64,000 nt of DNA. Source: Phaeosaccion multiseriatum (lineage: Eukaryota; Protista; Ochrophyta, other classes). The stretch spans positions 2,666,001-2,730,000 of the forward strand of contig OZ218964.1 of the NCBI GenBank assembly GCA_965112735.1, read 5' to 3'. Positions 1 through 21,690 of the stretch are shown here, piece by piece. How positions within the stretch are numbered: the stretch's first letter is position 1; every line of letters begins with the position of its first letter. Below the pieces are notes generated by a model. It was given only the letters and a program-made list of their open reading frames with translations, ran no database searches and had not been told where the DNA came from. A program made the translations under genes and the position numbers.

Positions 1-34
1 ACTCACACACACACACCAAGTCACTCACACCCAC

Positions 35-244
35 CTTGGCGGCCAGCTTGGCGAGCTCGAGCTTCTCCTCCTCCCTCACCACGATCTGCTGGAACTCGTC
101 GGACTGCGAGAAGAGGCGGAACAGCTCGATGTCCGACGTGGTGGGCTTGAGCTGCTCGTTGAATGTCTGCATGGTCGTGTGGGACAGGTAGTAGTATGAC
201 GCCACCCGGCCGAGGGCCGTCGCCTACAAGGGGGGGAAGGGAGG

Positions 245-279
<35 letters not shown>

Positions 280-407
280 TGAGTGCAAGGCAAGCAAGGC
301 AAGACCCTTTGTGGGGGGGGCTTCACCCTATGACACACGTACAAACTCACATCACATCACATGTCCACTCACGCATCCCACCTTCCCCCCACCCACCCAA
401 ACACACC

Positions 408-464
<57 letters not shown>

Positions 465-3400
465 GCAGGCTGCCTCCCTTCCTGTCGTACTTGACAAGGC
501 CTGTTCTGTCGAGCATGTTCGCCGCTGAGTGCACGAGGTTGACGCGGTGCTGGAACAGACGCGGGTCGTCCAGGGCCGCGTTTTCCGGCACCTGTGATTA
601 CAGCAATTGGTGGTAAGCAGCAGATAAGTGGGTTGGTGAGGAGGGGCAACGTATATGGGCAGAGGCCGAGGCTCGACAGAGCTTGGCCGAGCAGCAGCTG
701 CTTAAGGGCGACACCATCACCACGCACCCTTTCCCTCCTCTTTTTTCTTCCCTCTCCTCTCATCCCTCCTCTCCTCCCTCTTTCCCTCCCCCCCCTCCCC
801 TCCCCTCCCTATTCACTCACTCACCGAGTAGCAGTTTGGGTTCCGCATCATGCGCACATAGAGATACGTGTAGCCCAGCCAGATGGCCGCGTCCCGCACG
901 GTCTGGATGGAGCCCAGCACGATTTCCGCGTTGAGATGGTCGGCCAGCTGCTTGACCAGCTGCGACTCGATGGGCAGCTGCTGGTTGTTGAGGCTGAGGT
1001 AGAACTGCAGCCGAGCGTGTTGAGTGATGACGATGCCCTCTCCGCGGTCGTCGAACTGAGGCCTGCCTGCTCGCCCCATCATCTGTAGCACGTCTAGAGG
1101 GGACAGCTCGTCCCACCTGTTGAAAGGGATGGGCGCAAGCATGTGGGCAGAAGCATATGGGCAGGCAGGCAGGCAGGCAGGCGTAAGGGCAGGTCGGCAA
1201 GCAGTAAGTCAACGATACGCATTGCGGTAAGTCAATGGAAATACCAATAGAGAAGGATGCGTACCAACGCTATCCAGCGTGCCCTTGAGGATGACCCCAT
1301 AAGCCTCTACTCTACCCTCCCCGCTGTACCCGTATACCCGTATGCCTGTGCTGCCGTGATACTATAATTACCTGCCCTTGTCCGGGTAGTACATCTGCGT
1401 GCCCTTGAGGATGACGGTGTGCGCGGGGAGATTCACGCCCCAGGCCAGCGTGGCCGTCGACACCAGCACCTGCGATGGAAGTCACAATAAGTCAATAAAA
1501 GCTGAAGCACTAGCACACCTTGTTGTGAGCACGTGCAGTGCATACTCCACTTGAAGGACACACTAGATGCTCTCCCTATCCTTCGTCTGTACGCGCTGTA
1601 ACTGTACTGTAACTGTGCTGTAACTAACTGTGCTGTAACTGTACTGTAACTGTGCTGTAACTGTACTGTAACTGTACTGTAACTGTACTGTAACTGTACT
1701 GTAACTGTACTGTAAATGCGCTGTACTGTACCTGCACGTGCTTGGCGCTGTACAAGTCCTCCACCAAGTTGCGGTCCTCGCGGGTCATGCCTGTTGGGCA
1801 GGGGCAGGGGGGAGGGGAAAGGGAGGGGAAAGGAGGTAAGAAGGGGTCTTGCTTTGCTTTGCTCGCTTTGCTCGCTTTGCTCGCTTGCTTGTTGCACTCG
1901 GAGCCGGAGAGCACTTGCCCCCGTCATGACAGGCACAACAGGGGCCTCCCCGACCCATCCACTACCATCCCCGAACCATCCACTGCCATCCCCCCACACT
2001 TACCTGCGTGGTGAATGGCCAGGCCGAAGGGAAGAAGCTCCTTCAGCAGAGTGTTCTTGGCGTTCTCCGCCTGTGGGATGGCAGCGGATGGGGGTGTCAG
2101 TGGAGGGATGGCAGTGGACGGGGGGGGCACAGGTACAACAGAGAGACCGACTATCCATCGCTCTCCTCTCGCCCACTGACTTACACATATATATGTACAT
2201 ATATATACTCACCTCAGTGCGGAGGATCTCCTCTGTGGCAGAGCCGTCGCCCACAAGCCTAGGGCAGGGCAGGGCACGCAAGGAAAGGGAAGGGGGATGA
2301 GTCACATGCAGTGCAAGAATCGCGAGAGGACGTTTGAACGTGCACCGCTCGGCTCACTCACTCAGTCCTGCCCCCACCTAGTGAGCACTCCCTCCCCCCC
2401 CCCTCGGTCACCTGGCGAGCACGTCGTTCTCCTCGATGAGTTCCCTGAGGGCTTCCGCCGTCTTGCCCGTCTCTGCCCGAGAGTGGACGAAGATGAGCAC
2501 CTGGTCCTTCTGGCCGTTCTCGTTGGGCATGCAGGCCATCACCTTCTCGTAGCAGATGTCGTTCATCACTTGGAAGCGCTTGATGGCCTGTTCGGGGGTG
2601 CGCAAGGGGAGGAAGTTGGTGATACGATACATATATAGACTACAGCGTCACAGGGGTTTTGAATGTTTGTCGGTCATGCTGTAACTGTAACAGGAGAGAG
2701 CGTTACGTTTCAAGGCAAAGTTGATTGTCCCCTCCCCTTCCCTCCCCTCCCCTCCCCTCCCCACCTTTTTCTCCGTGACTCCAATGTACTGCTGCTGCAG
2801 AGGCACGGGGCGGAAGGAGTTGTCGAAGTAGAAGAGGCCTTTGGCGGGGTCCACCCTTAAGAAGGTCGCCACGTCAGCGTAATTGGGCAGCGTGGCGGAC
2901 AGGCCCACGATGCGAGTCATCTCGAGGTCACGCTCAATCTTGCGGATGGTCCTGGATGGTGACATGGTGGAAGGGGGGTGGGGGGACGGGGTAGGTAGGC
3001 AGGGGTGGGTGTGTGTGTATGCGGATGGGTGAGTCTTAAGGAATGACTGCAGGTGTGTGGGCTTGGGAGGGTGTACAGAGATCAGGACAACACGACAGAG
3101 CAAGTGGAAGCCAAGCCGCACCCCCACCGCCTTGAGACACCTTCACTGCCATACACTGCCATCCATCCCCTGCCATCCATCCCCTGCCATCCCTCCCTCC
3201 CTCCAGTGCCATCCCCTGCCATCTGTGACTCACCTGGCGCAGATGCTCTCCAAGACCACTCCTCTTGTGTCATGCAGCAGGTGCACCTCGTCGATGATGA
3301 TGAGGCGCACAAGGGACGTGTAGGAGCGGTCCCCGGCCTTGCGCGTGACAATGTCCCACTTCTCGGGGGTCGTCACGATGACCTGTTCCATTGATTGGGC

Positions 3401-6400
3401 GGGGGGGGGCGTGGCAGACACAAGTTTGAGGGGGGGGGGGAGGGTTGCCGGAGAAAAGACCCCCCATGAATCACACGAGCTCTCTCTCCCATCCAATGGA
3501 AACTCACCTAACCTCCTAAAACTCAAACTCACCTGTGTCTCTGCTATCTGCTCCCTGCTGAGGCTCTGATCTCCCGACAGCTCCATGACCTTCATGCCGA
3601 AGGGCTTGAGGCGCTTGCCGAAGTTGGCGACGACTTCGTGCACCAACGCCTTCATGGGGGCAATGTACACGATCTTAAACGCCTCCAAGTCCACCTCGCC
3701 TAACGAAGGGGGGGAGAAGGTGAGGTGAGGTGGGGGGAGGAGGGAGGGAGCGAGAAAGGGAGGAGAGGAGGGAAGGAGGGGAGAGGGGAGGAGGAACTAC
3801 ATAACTGACCTTCGTCGTTCATGTTCTGCCCAATGACCTGCAGCATGCTCATCATGGCAACATTGGTCTTTCCGGCGCCCGTAGGGGCACACAGCAGGAT
3901 ATTGTCTGAAGTCTCCAGGGCCACCTGATGGGAGGGGCAAGAATGCGGGGCAAGAGGTGAGAGACAAATGAGAGAGAGAGGGAGAGAAAGAAAAAACCTC
4001 CTTTGCACACAGACCTGCATCATCTTGCTCTGAATGCGGTTGAGCGTGTCCATGCCCTGGAAGGCTGGCTGGCACCACTCGGGCATGTCGCTGATGGACA
4101 CGAGCTTCTCCCCCTTTGGTATGATACTCTTGACGGCAGGCACGTGCACCTCCTCATAGCCCTTCTTCTGCGCCCGCCACGCCCCCTGTGGAGGCATATG
4201 GGCAGGCATTCATGGGCAGGCATACGGGTAGGTGTGCATATGCACAGTGGCAGCATGGCGGGGAGTGAGGCGATGAGGGGACATGTGGAGACAAAAGACG
4301 AACAGTGCAGGGGCGAGGGACGAGGGCCAACACTTTGCAGCAGGGTGAGGTAGCCCACACGTTTACTCCTCTGCCTCCTCCCTTCGTTCGACAGTTCGCC
4401 CTTCGCCCAACCTCTGCTGCCATCTGCTGCCATCTTGCCACCTGCTGCCACCTGCTCACCTCTGGCAGCTCGCACTTGGTGTTGGACATGAAGTGGCTCC
4501 CCTCCGCGAAGGCGAGAGAGTCAAGGTCAACAACGGCACTGGGGCGGCTCTCCGTGGCCCTCCTGGCAGCGCCGTCCACAGGGGCACTCTCTTGCACCTG
4601 ACACCAGATACAGACATCCGGTAGCAGCAAAGTAGTAGGAAGTAGTAGTAGTAGTAGCAGTAGAAGTAGTGGTAGTAGTAGTAGTAGTAGGAGGAGGAGG
4701 AGGAGGGGGGGTCAGGTAGTAGTAGGAGAAGAGGGACGGGCAGGAGGGAGAAGGGAACGGGGACGGACAAGCAACAGGAAAGGGGTGGAAACAGAGAGGA
4801 AGAGGCAGGGCAAGCAGAGCGATGATGGTGATGGAAGGGTGGAAGGCGGGGAGAGGGGAGAAGGGGAATAATGCCTAACAACGTGCACATGCACTTTTGT
4901 AACGTTTCGTACTATTACGTACCAGCGTCTCGTCGTCAGCCATGGTCATGGAGCCCCCGGTGGTGCCGTCCTTGTTGCTCCTGAGAGGGACACACGGAGG
5001 AGGAGGGAGAGAGACCGAGTGAGTGAGAGGGAGAGAGGGAGGAAGGAAAGCGGGGGGGTGGCCGTCATCCGTCATTCAAACAGCAGCACGAGCAGCAACA
5101 GGAGCAGCAGCACGAGCAGCAGCAGCCGCAGCAGCGGCGGTAGGAGGAGGGGCAGAGACCACATCCAGCCATCCACTGCCATATACGCACCTGTTGAGCG
5201 CTCTGGCCTCCTTGCGTGTGCGCTGCTCGAAAGCCGCTGTCCTGTCCTCGTTCCAGCTTGACGCGTCCCCTGCATGGCCCAGGGCCTGGAGGATGGCAGG
5301 CCCTCCTCCCTTCTCGTCTGCTGCCATCTCCGTGGTCACCGCGGCCTTGTCTGCCTCGCTCTGCGCCTGCTTGAGGCGAGTGCAGTAGTACACTTTGGCT
5401 CGGTTGTGCAGCAGCACCTGAGGAGGAGGGAAGAGGCAGAGAGAGGTAAGAGGAGGCCGGAGGGGGACAGCGGGGGGGAGAGGTCAGAGGTCGGAGAGTG
5501 CGTGCATGTGTGTACGTGTGTGGAGGAGGAGAGTGGTCCCCAGCCGTGCCTCCCCTCCGCCTGCCCGCTGCTATCGCCCCCCCCCCCCTAAACGCCATCT
5601 ACTGCCATCCTCTGCCACTCCCCCACCTTCACGAAGTCGAACTTGTCGTAGTCGAGCAGCACCACAAGCTTGTTCTCTACCTCACGCTCGTCCGTCAGAG
5701 ACAGCACCTGGTGGGAGGAGCAACAGCCAAGGGACAAGAGGCAACAAGAGAGGACAAGACAGTGGCTCAGTGAGTAGGTGGGAGGGAGGGGCGACAAGGA
5801 TCAGTCCAGCAAGAACCCGACCGAGCGGTTCCAAAGACCAGGAGATGACACCAAGCACTCTGCCCTCCAAGCAGGAGATGACACCAAGCACTCCGCCCTC
5901 CAAGCAAGGGGGAGTGGTATTTGTTACCTTGAGGACGTCCTCCGCGAGCTTGGCTGTGATTTCCGCGTCGTCATAGAACTTACCCAGCCCGCGCTGCAGC
6001 CAAAACGCATCGATGGAGTGCACCTGTGAGCAAGAGAGAGAGAGAGAGAGAAAGTGACGGTGCAGACGGTTACAGAGCTAGCTTGACATGATGGTAAGGC
6101 AAGCATCGACCAGCACGATGGTCCACAGACAGCGAAGGCCAGCGACGACACAGCGACGACAGTCAGACGTGATACACTCACACACGTACAAGAACACCGA
6201 TGACTGGATACACTCTTACACACGTACAACAACACCGATGACTGGACACACTCTCACACATGTACAAGAACACCGATGACTGGACACACTCTCACACACG
6301 TACAAGAACACCGATGACTGGACACACTCTCACACAAGTACAAGAACACCGATGACTGGACACACACTCACACACGATGAGACTTGCAAGGGACAACGCT

Positions 6401-9400
6401 CCGTGTACGTTTGAGTGTGTGTGCGTGTGTGTGTGCGTGTGTGCGTGTGTGTGTGCCAATCTTGTCTTTTCCCCACTCACGTTGAGGGCGAGCTGCCCCT
6501 CGTCGTCCTCCATCCCCCCATCGTCTCCATCGAGCCCCCTGAGCTGCATGCGCCGGTCCTCTTTTGCCTCCACCCCTCCCTCCATGTCCTCGTCCTCGTC
6601 CTCCGAGTCGCGAACCTGAGGGGGGGCAGGGGGGATGGCAGTGGATGGGGAGGGAGATGAGGGGAGGGAGATGAGGGGAGGGCGGGACCAAGGCCTATGC
6701 AACTTCAACGTGCACTTGAGGTCGGGGTTGACTCACCTCATCCACGTCAGAGTCGTCGTCCTCCTCCTCCTCATCGAACACCACGGCCACGCCCATGTCC
6801 TCGTCGAGCTTCTCCTCCTCATCCACTGCCTCCTCCTCCTCCTCTCCTCCCACGGCAAAGTCGTTGATGCGCTTGCCGATGTTGACCATTTTGTTGAATT
6901 GGTCGGCCTCCACGTGGCGCAGCAAGCGGCCCACGTCCTTCTGACGCTCCGGGTCACGCAGGGAGTCATCCTACGTTAGCGGTGTTTCGTGACACGTTAG
7001 CGGTGTTTCGTGACACGTTAGCGGTGTTTCGTGACACGCTAGCGGTGTTTCGTGACACGTTAGCTAAGTTTCGTGACACGTTAGCGGTGTTTCGTGACAC
7101 GTTAGCGGTGTTTCGTGACACGTTAGGGGTGACAACTTATGAGAGGGCGAGGCAAACGCGAAAGGGGGTGTGGAGACATCAGAGGCCATTTTGCGTGTGT
7201 GTGTTTCTCTAGTCGCTGTGACGAGCCTGTACTCGAAGTGTGGAATGCTCTTCTATGCTTCAAGTCTCTCTCTCTTCCTTCGATACAGTCCAGTCAAAGA
7301 CAGCACGGCACGGCATGGCACGGTACAGTACCTTGAGGATGGCCAGCACCTCCTCAGCAGCCCCTCTGAGGATGTCCTGAGGCTGATCCCCGAGCTTGCC
7401 CTGCACCACCGACAGCAGCTCCTCGTACGCAAGTCTAAGGAGGAGGAGGGGGAGGTGCTGCTCAGATCCAGCCAAAGAGCTCAGCTAGGGAGCCCAGCCA
7501 AAGAGCTCTGTCAGATACAAGCCCCCAGGGTAGACTGTTGTCTATCCAAAGGGGCCATGCCCTCCACCCACCTGCTCTCCCTGGTCTTCGGCCTGTAGTT
7601 GATGGAGTCCATCTCCTCCGTCTCGGTCAGCACAGTGGCGCCCTTGCCCGCCATGAACACCTTTGCAGATAGAGAGGTTGGTGATTCACATGAACAGAGC
7701 AGATATAGCATGAGCCACAGAGCTTGGTCATGGTCCTTCAGATGAGAGAAGTTCAGCAAGCAATAGTCACACAAGAGACCAAGCACGCTCATGACGATGC
7801 ATGGGTTGATGGATGTGTGAATAGGAGGGGTATAGACGATGCATGGGTTGATGGATGTGTGAATAGGAGGGGTATAGTGGGCTCACAGAGCCCCGCCTGT
7901 GAGAGGAAGTCTTCACCTTCTGCTTCTTGGCCTTCTTCTGAGCTTCTCGCGCCTCCGCATCGCCCTGTGGCCGCCAAAATGAGGGAGCACAACAGCAGCA
8001 CCACAACAGCACCACAGCAGCCGCCAGCGAGCGAACATAGAAGGAGAAGAAGGTAACAGGCAGCGCAGTTTGAGTTTGAGTTTGGGATACGCGAGTCAAG
8101 GCGGCATAACAGAGGGCCGTCGGAGCTCTGCGGGGGGGGCACAGCACGGCTCGGACCCCCAAACAGGCAAATGACGCAGGCCGTCTCTCTCCTCCCCTGC
8201 CCCCCTGCTTCCCCCGCCACACCTTCCGAGAGCGCTTCTCCGTGCTCTTCTTAATCTTCCCCTCAAGCTCTGGCGGCCTGTAAGGATGGTAGTGGAAGGC
8301 GTGCAGTAGTAGTAGTAGGGGGGAGGTGAGCGGTGAGCGGTGAGCGAGAGAGAGAGACAGGTGAGTGGTGAGTGGTGAGCTCTCGGGAGGGAGGACACAC
8401 GCGTGCGCACTTGCACCCCATGCCTACCCCCCCCCACTAACCACTCCCACCCCCCCCCCCCTGGCCTGCCACTGCCATCCACTGCCATCCACACCTGTCT
8501 CTGGTGATTCGATCCCCCATCTTCATCTTCCCCTTGTGTGTATTGAGCGACTCCACCTCCCCGGTGGGTTCGGCGCCTCTTCTTGAGCGAGCATCGCGGT
8601 CGGCAGTGAGCACGAGGTTTGAGTTCTGTGCAATGTAGCGCAGCGAGAGGAGGGGTGGGGAGGGGGAGGGAGAAAGAGAGAGGATCGAGAGACACAGAGA
8701 GGAGCGTATCGAGGAGAGAGAGAAAAGATCGAGGATTGGCCTGGTCAGAGAGAGAGAGAAAGAGGGAGGCCACAGAGGCAGCAGCAGCACGAGGAGGCCC
8801 AGTTCGAAGGAGGCCCACCACTCCACAATCGATATGCTCTTCCATCCACAGATGCTGCTCCTGACTCTCTCTCGCCCCCTCCCCCTCTCTCTTCTCTCTC
8901 TCGTGTACCCAAGTAGGGAGACCAGCAGCGACCACCCCCTCCTGCGCCGGAGCTGCCAACCACGTCTTCCCCGTACAGCCATCGACACGGGCATCTCCTC
9001 CGCTCCGCCCTCTTCGGGTCTTTCCTCTATCTCGGTATCTCCAGACGCCTCCAGAAGGCTCCGAGTAACCCTTCAGCGGCGGATCGCAGCCACACTCCAC
9101 ATACTCGGTTGTGTGTGACGAGACGCTCCTCGCCGTTGCCTCAAAGCTGTGGTCCCTCCGCCGGTTCCTGCAAAGACGAAATGGACGGCCTCCCTCGCTA
9201 CCGTGCACCCTCTCTGCTGCTGCCACCGCCGCGCTGTGTTGTTGCTTGGCATCAGCCGCAATCTGGGCTCTGTGTCCTCCCCCACGGAGGGACGACGAGT
9301 AGGCCGCTCTCTCTCGCAAAGCGACACCGCTTCGGCCGACTTTGGGGTAACACGCAGCACCCTTCCCACCACATCAGTCTTGCTGGAACCATTCCCCACC

Positions 9401-9532
9401 GCTGCGCCCCTCTCCCCATTCTCTCTCTCTCTCTCTCCGCTCCTCGATCTTCCCCGCTCTATCTTCTCTCCCCCAGCTCCCACTCACCTCCTTGTACTCA
9501 AATTGCCGATTACGGATTGCATTCTCCGCCAT
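35..9532 (-). CDS. BRR2: U5 snRNP 200 kDa Ski2-like RNA helicase BRR2, multi-exon, 3'-partial (continues past window start)
   Basis: Exon 1 at 9532-9488 ([15 protein letters not shown]) splices to [10 protein letters not shown]...EPTGEVESL, the classic Brr2 N-terminus. Later exons give IDAFWLQR, Walker [25 protein letters not shown] box, [42 protein letters not shown] and LPIESQ. More than 20 exons were joined by hand, all GT-AG and in phase. Confidence 0.97.
1597..1731 (-). repeat. Intronic (ACAGTTACAGT)n minisatellite starting at a donor site
   Basis: About 11-bp unit GTAACTGTACT repeated on the plus strand. Confidence 0.9.
6181..6375. repeat. Intronic ~38-40-bp minisatellite, ~5 copies
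   Basis: CACACGTACAAGAACACCGATGACTGGACACACTCT repeated. Confidence 0.9.
6972..7125 (-). repeat. Intronic 21-bp minisatellite containing CTAAC, ~7 copies
   Basis: CGTTAGCGGTGTTTCGTGACA repeated up to the BRR2 acceptor. Confidence 0.92.
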
Positions 9533-9755
9533 GGCTCCCCCACGCAAGTACCCCGCAAAGGGTGCTGCTACTCAACTCAACCTCTCTTTCCTTTTTTTCG
9601 CTCTTCTCTCTCCTTGCTCCCAAGGACGCCCCCTTGGGATGATTATGTCAATGATGGATTTGGCTCGCCCATAGCCCCATCCTTCTTGTCACAGAGATAC
9701 GTAGCTAACAAGCATGCTTGCGATTAATTAGTGTGGTTGTCTGACTGTGGGGAGC
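9533..9755. promoter_or_regulatory. Putative bidirectional promoter between BRR2 and the PPR gene
   Basis: Only ~220 bp separate the BRR2 ATG (9532, minus) from the PPR ATG (9756, plus). Regulatory role inferred from the head-to-head layout. Confidence 0.55.
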
Positions 9756-21099
<11,344 letters not shown>

Positions 21100-21148
21100 G
21101 GAGGCAGTAGAATTGAACATTGAAGTGACGAGGCAGTAGAATTGAACA

Positions 21149-21660
21149 TTGAAGTATCATGAACTGGGCAGGACAGAACAGGACGGCCTGTGGGTCCCGT
21201 CGTTCCACAATTTGCGGATTATTTTATACTTTACTCCATGTACAGTGCGTGTGCGTGATTTAAAGTATAAGGGTTGGTGGTTCAAATTCTGTGACCCTCT
21301 CCACACTCGATCAGCGGGCTATGACCCCACGAGGTATCATCTCGTCCCTTTTGGGATGGAGCAGCAAGGTGCATTTGGCCCGTCAGCACAGATGTTTATC
21401 AAAACACTCGCCACCCACATGGCTGGGGGGCACGAACATCTTGACACGAGGGCTTACGCGAGAGCTGTTTGCGTCATTCGGCGACGATTAGCCGTAGCGC
21501 TCCAGAGGGCCCGACACGAACGATCGGTTCGACACAGGATCCTGGCTGGTATCAACTTTGTTCCAATGGGGAGAACTGATGAGTCAGAGGGACACGACCT
21601 CGAGGGCTAAGTTCCCCGGGGCGGTGAGACATTACTTTTAGACAACCATAATATATATAA
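21149..21660 (+). mobile_element. 5'-truncated fragment of an RLE-type (CRE/R2/NeSL-like) non-LTR retrotransposon
   Basis: The ORF encodes KY...YHLVPFGMEQQGAFGPSAQMFIKTL...RRRLAVALQR, matching the C-terminus of restriction-like endonuclease domains (PF-x-x-E-x-x-G-x-x-G...RLSVALQR). An AT-rich tail follows at ~21648-21660. No RT domain is present. Confidence 0.7.
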
Positions 21661-21690
21661 ACGATCAGCGGGCGGCAGGCGCCTCCTGTA

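Noticed and set aside
6972-7125. CRISPR-like short palindromic repeat
   Set aside because: Units are directly adjacent with no spacers and lie within a spliceosomal intron.
7661-7917. Possible intronic C/D snoRNA in BRR2
   Set aside because: CTGA is present but there is no convincing RTGATGA box with a terminal stem; the region is partly a 42-bp tandem duplication.
8096-9319. 407-aa minus-strand ORF, and a plus-strand [10 protein letters not shown] peptide resembling an RLE tail
   Set aside because: The long ORF crosses BRR2 exons out of frame and has no family motifs. The plus-strand peptide lacks the PFxxExxG motif.
21632-21644. 13-bp match TTACTTTTAGACA with 33905-33917, as a possible TSD or shared element end
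   Set aside because: The copies are 12 kb apart, flank ordinary host genes, and are AT-rich and short enough to be chance.
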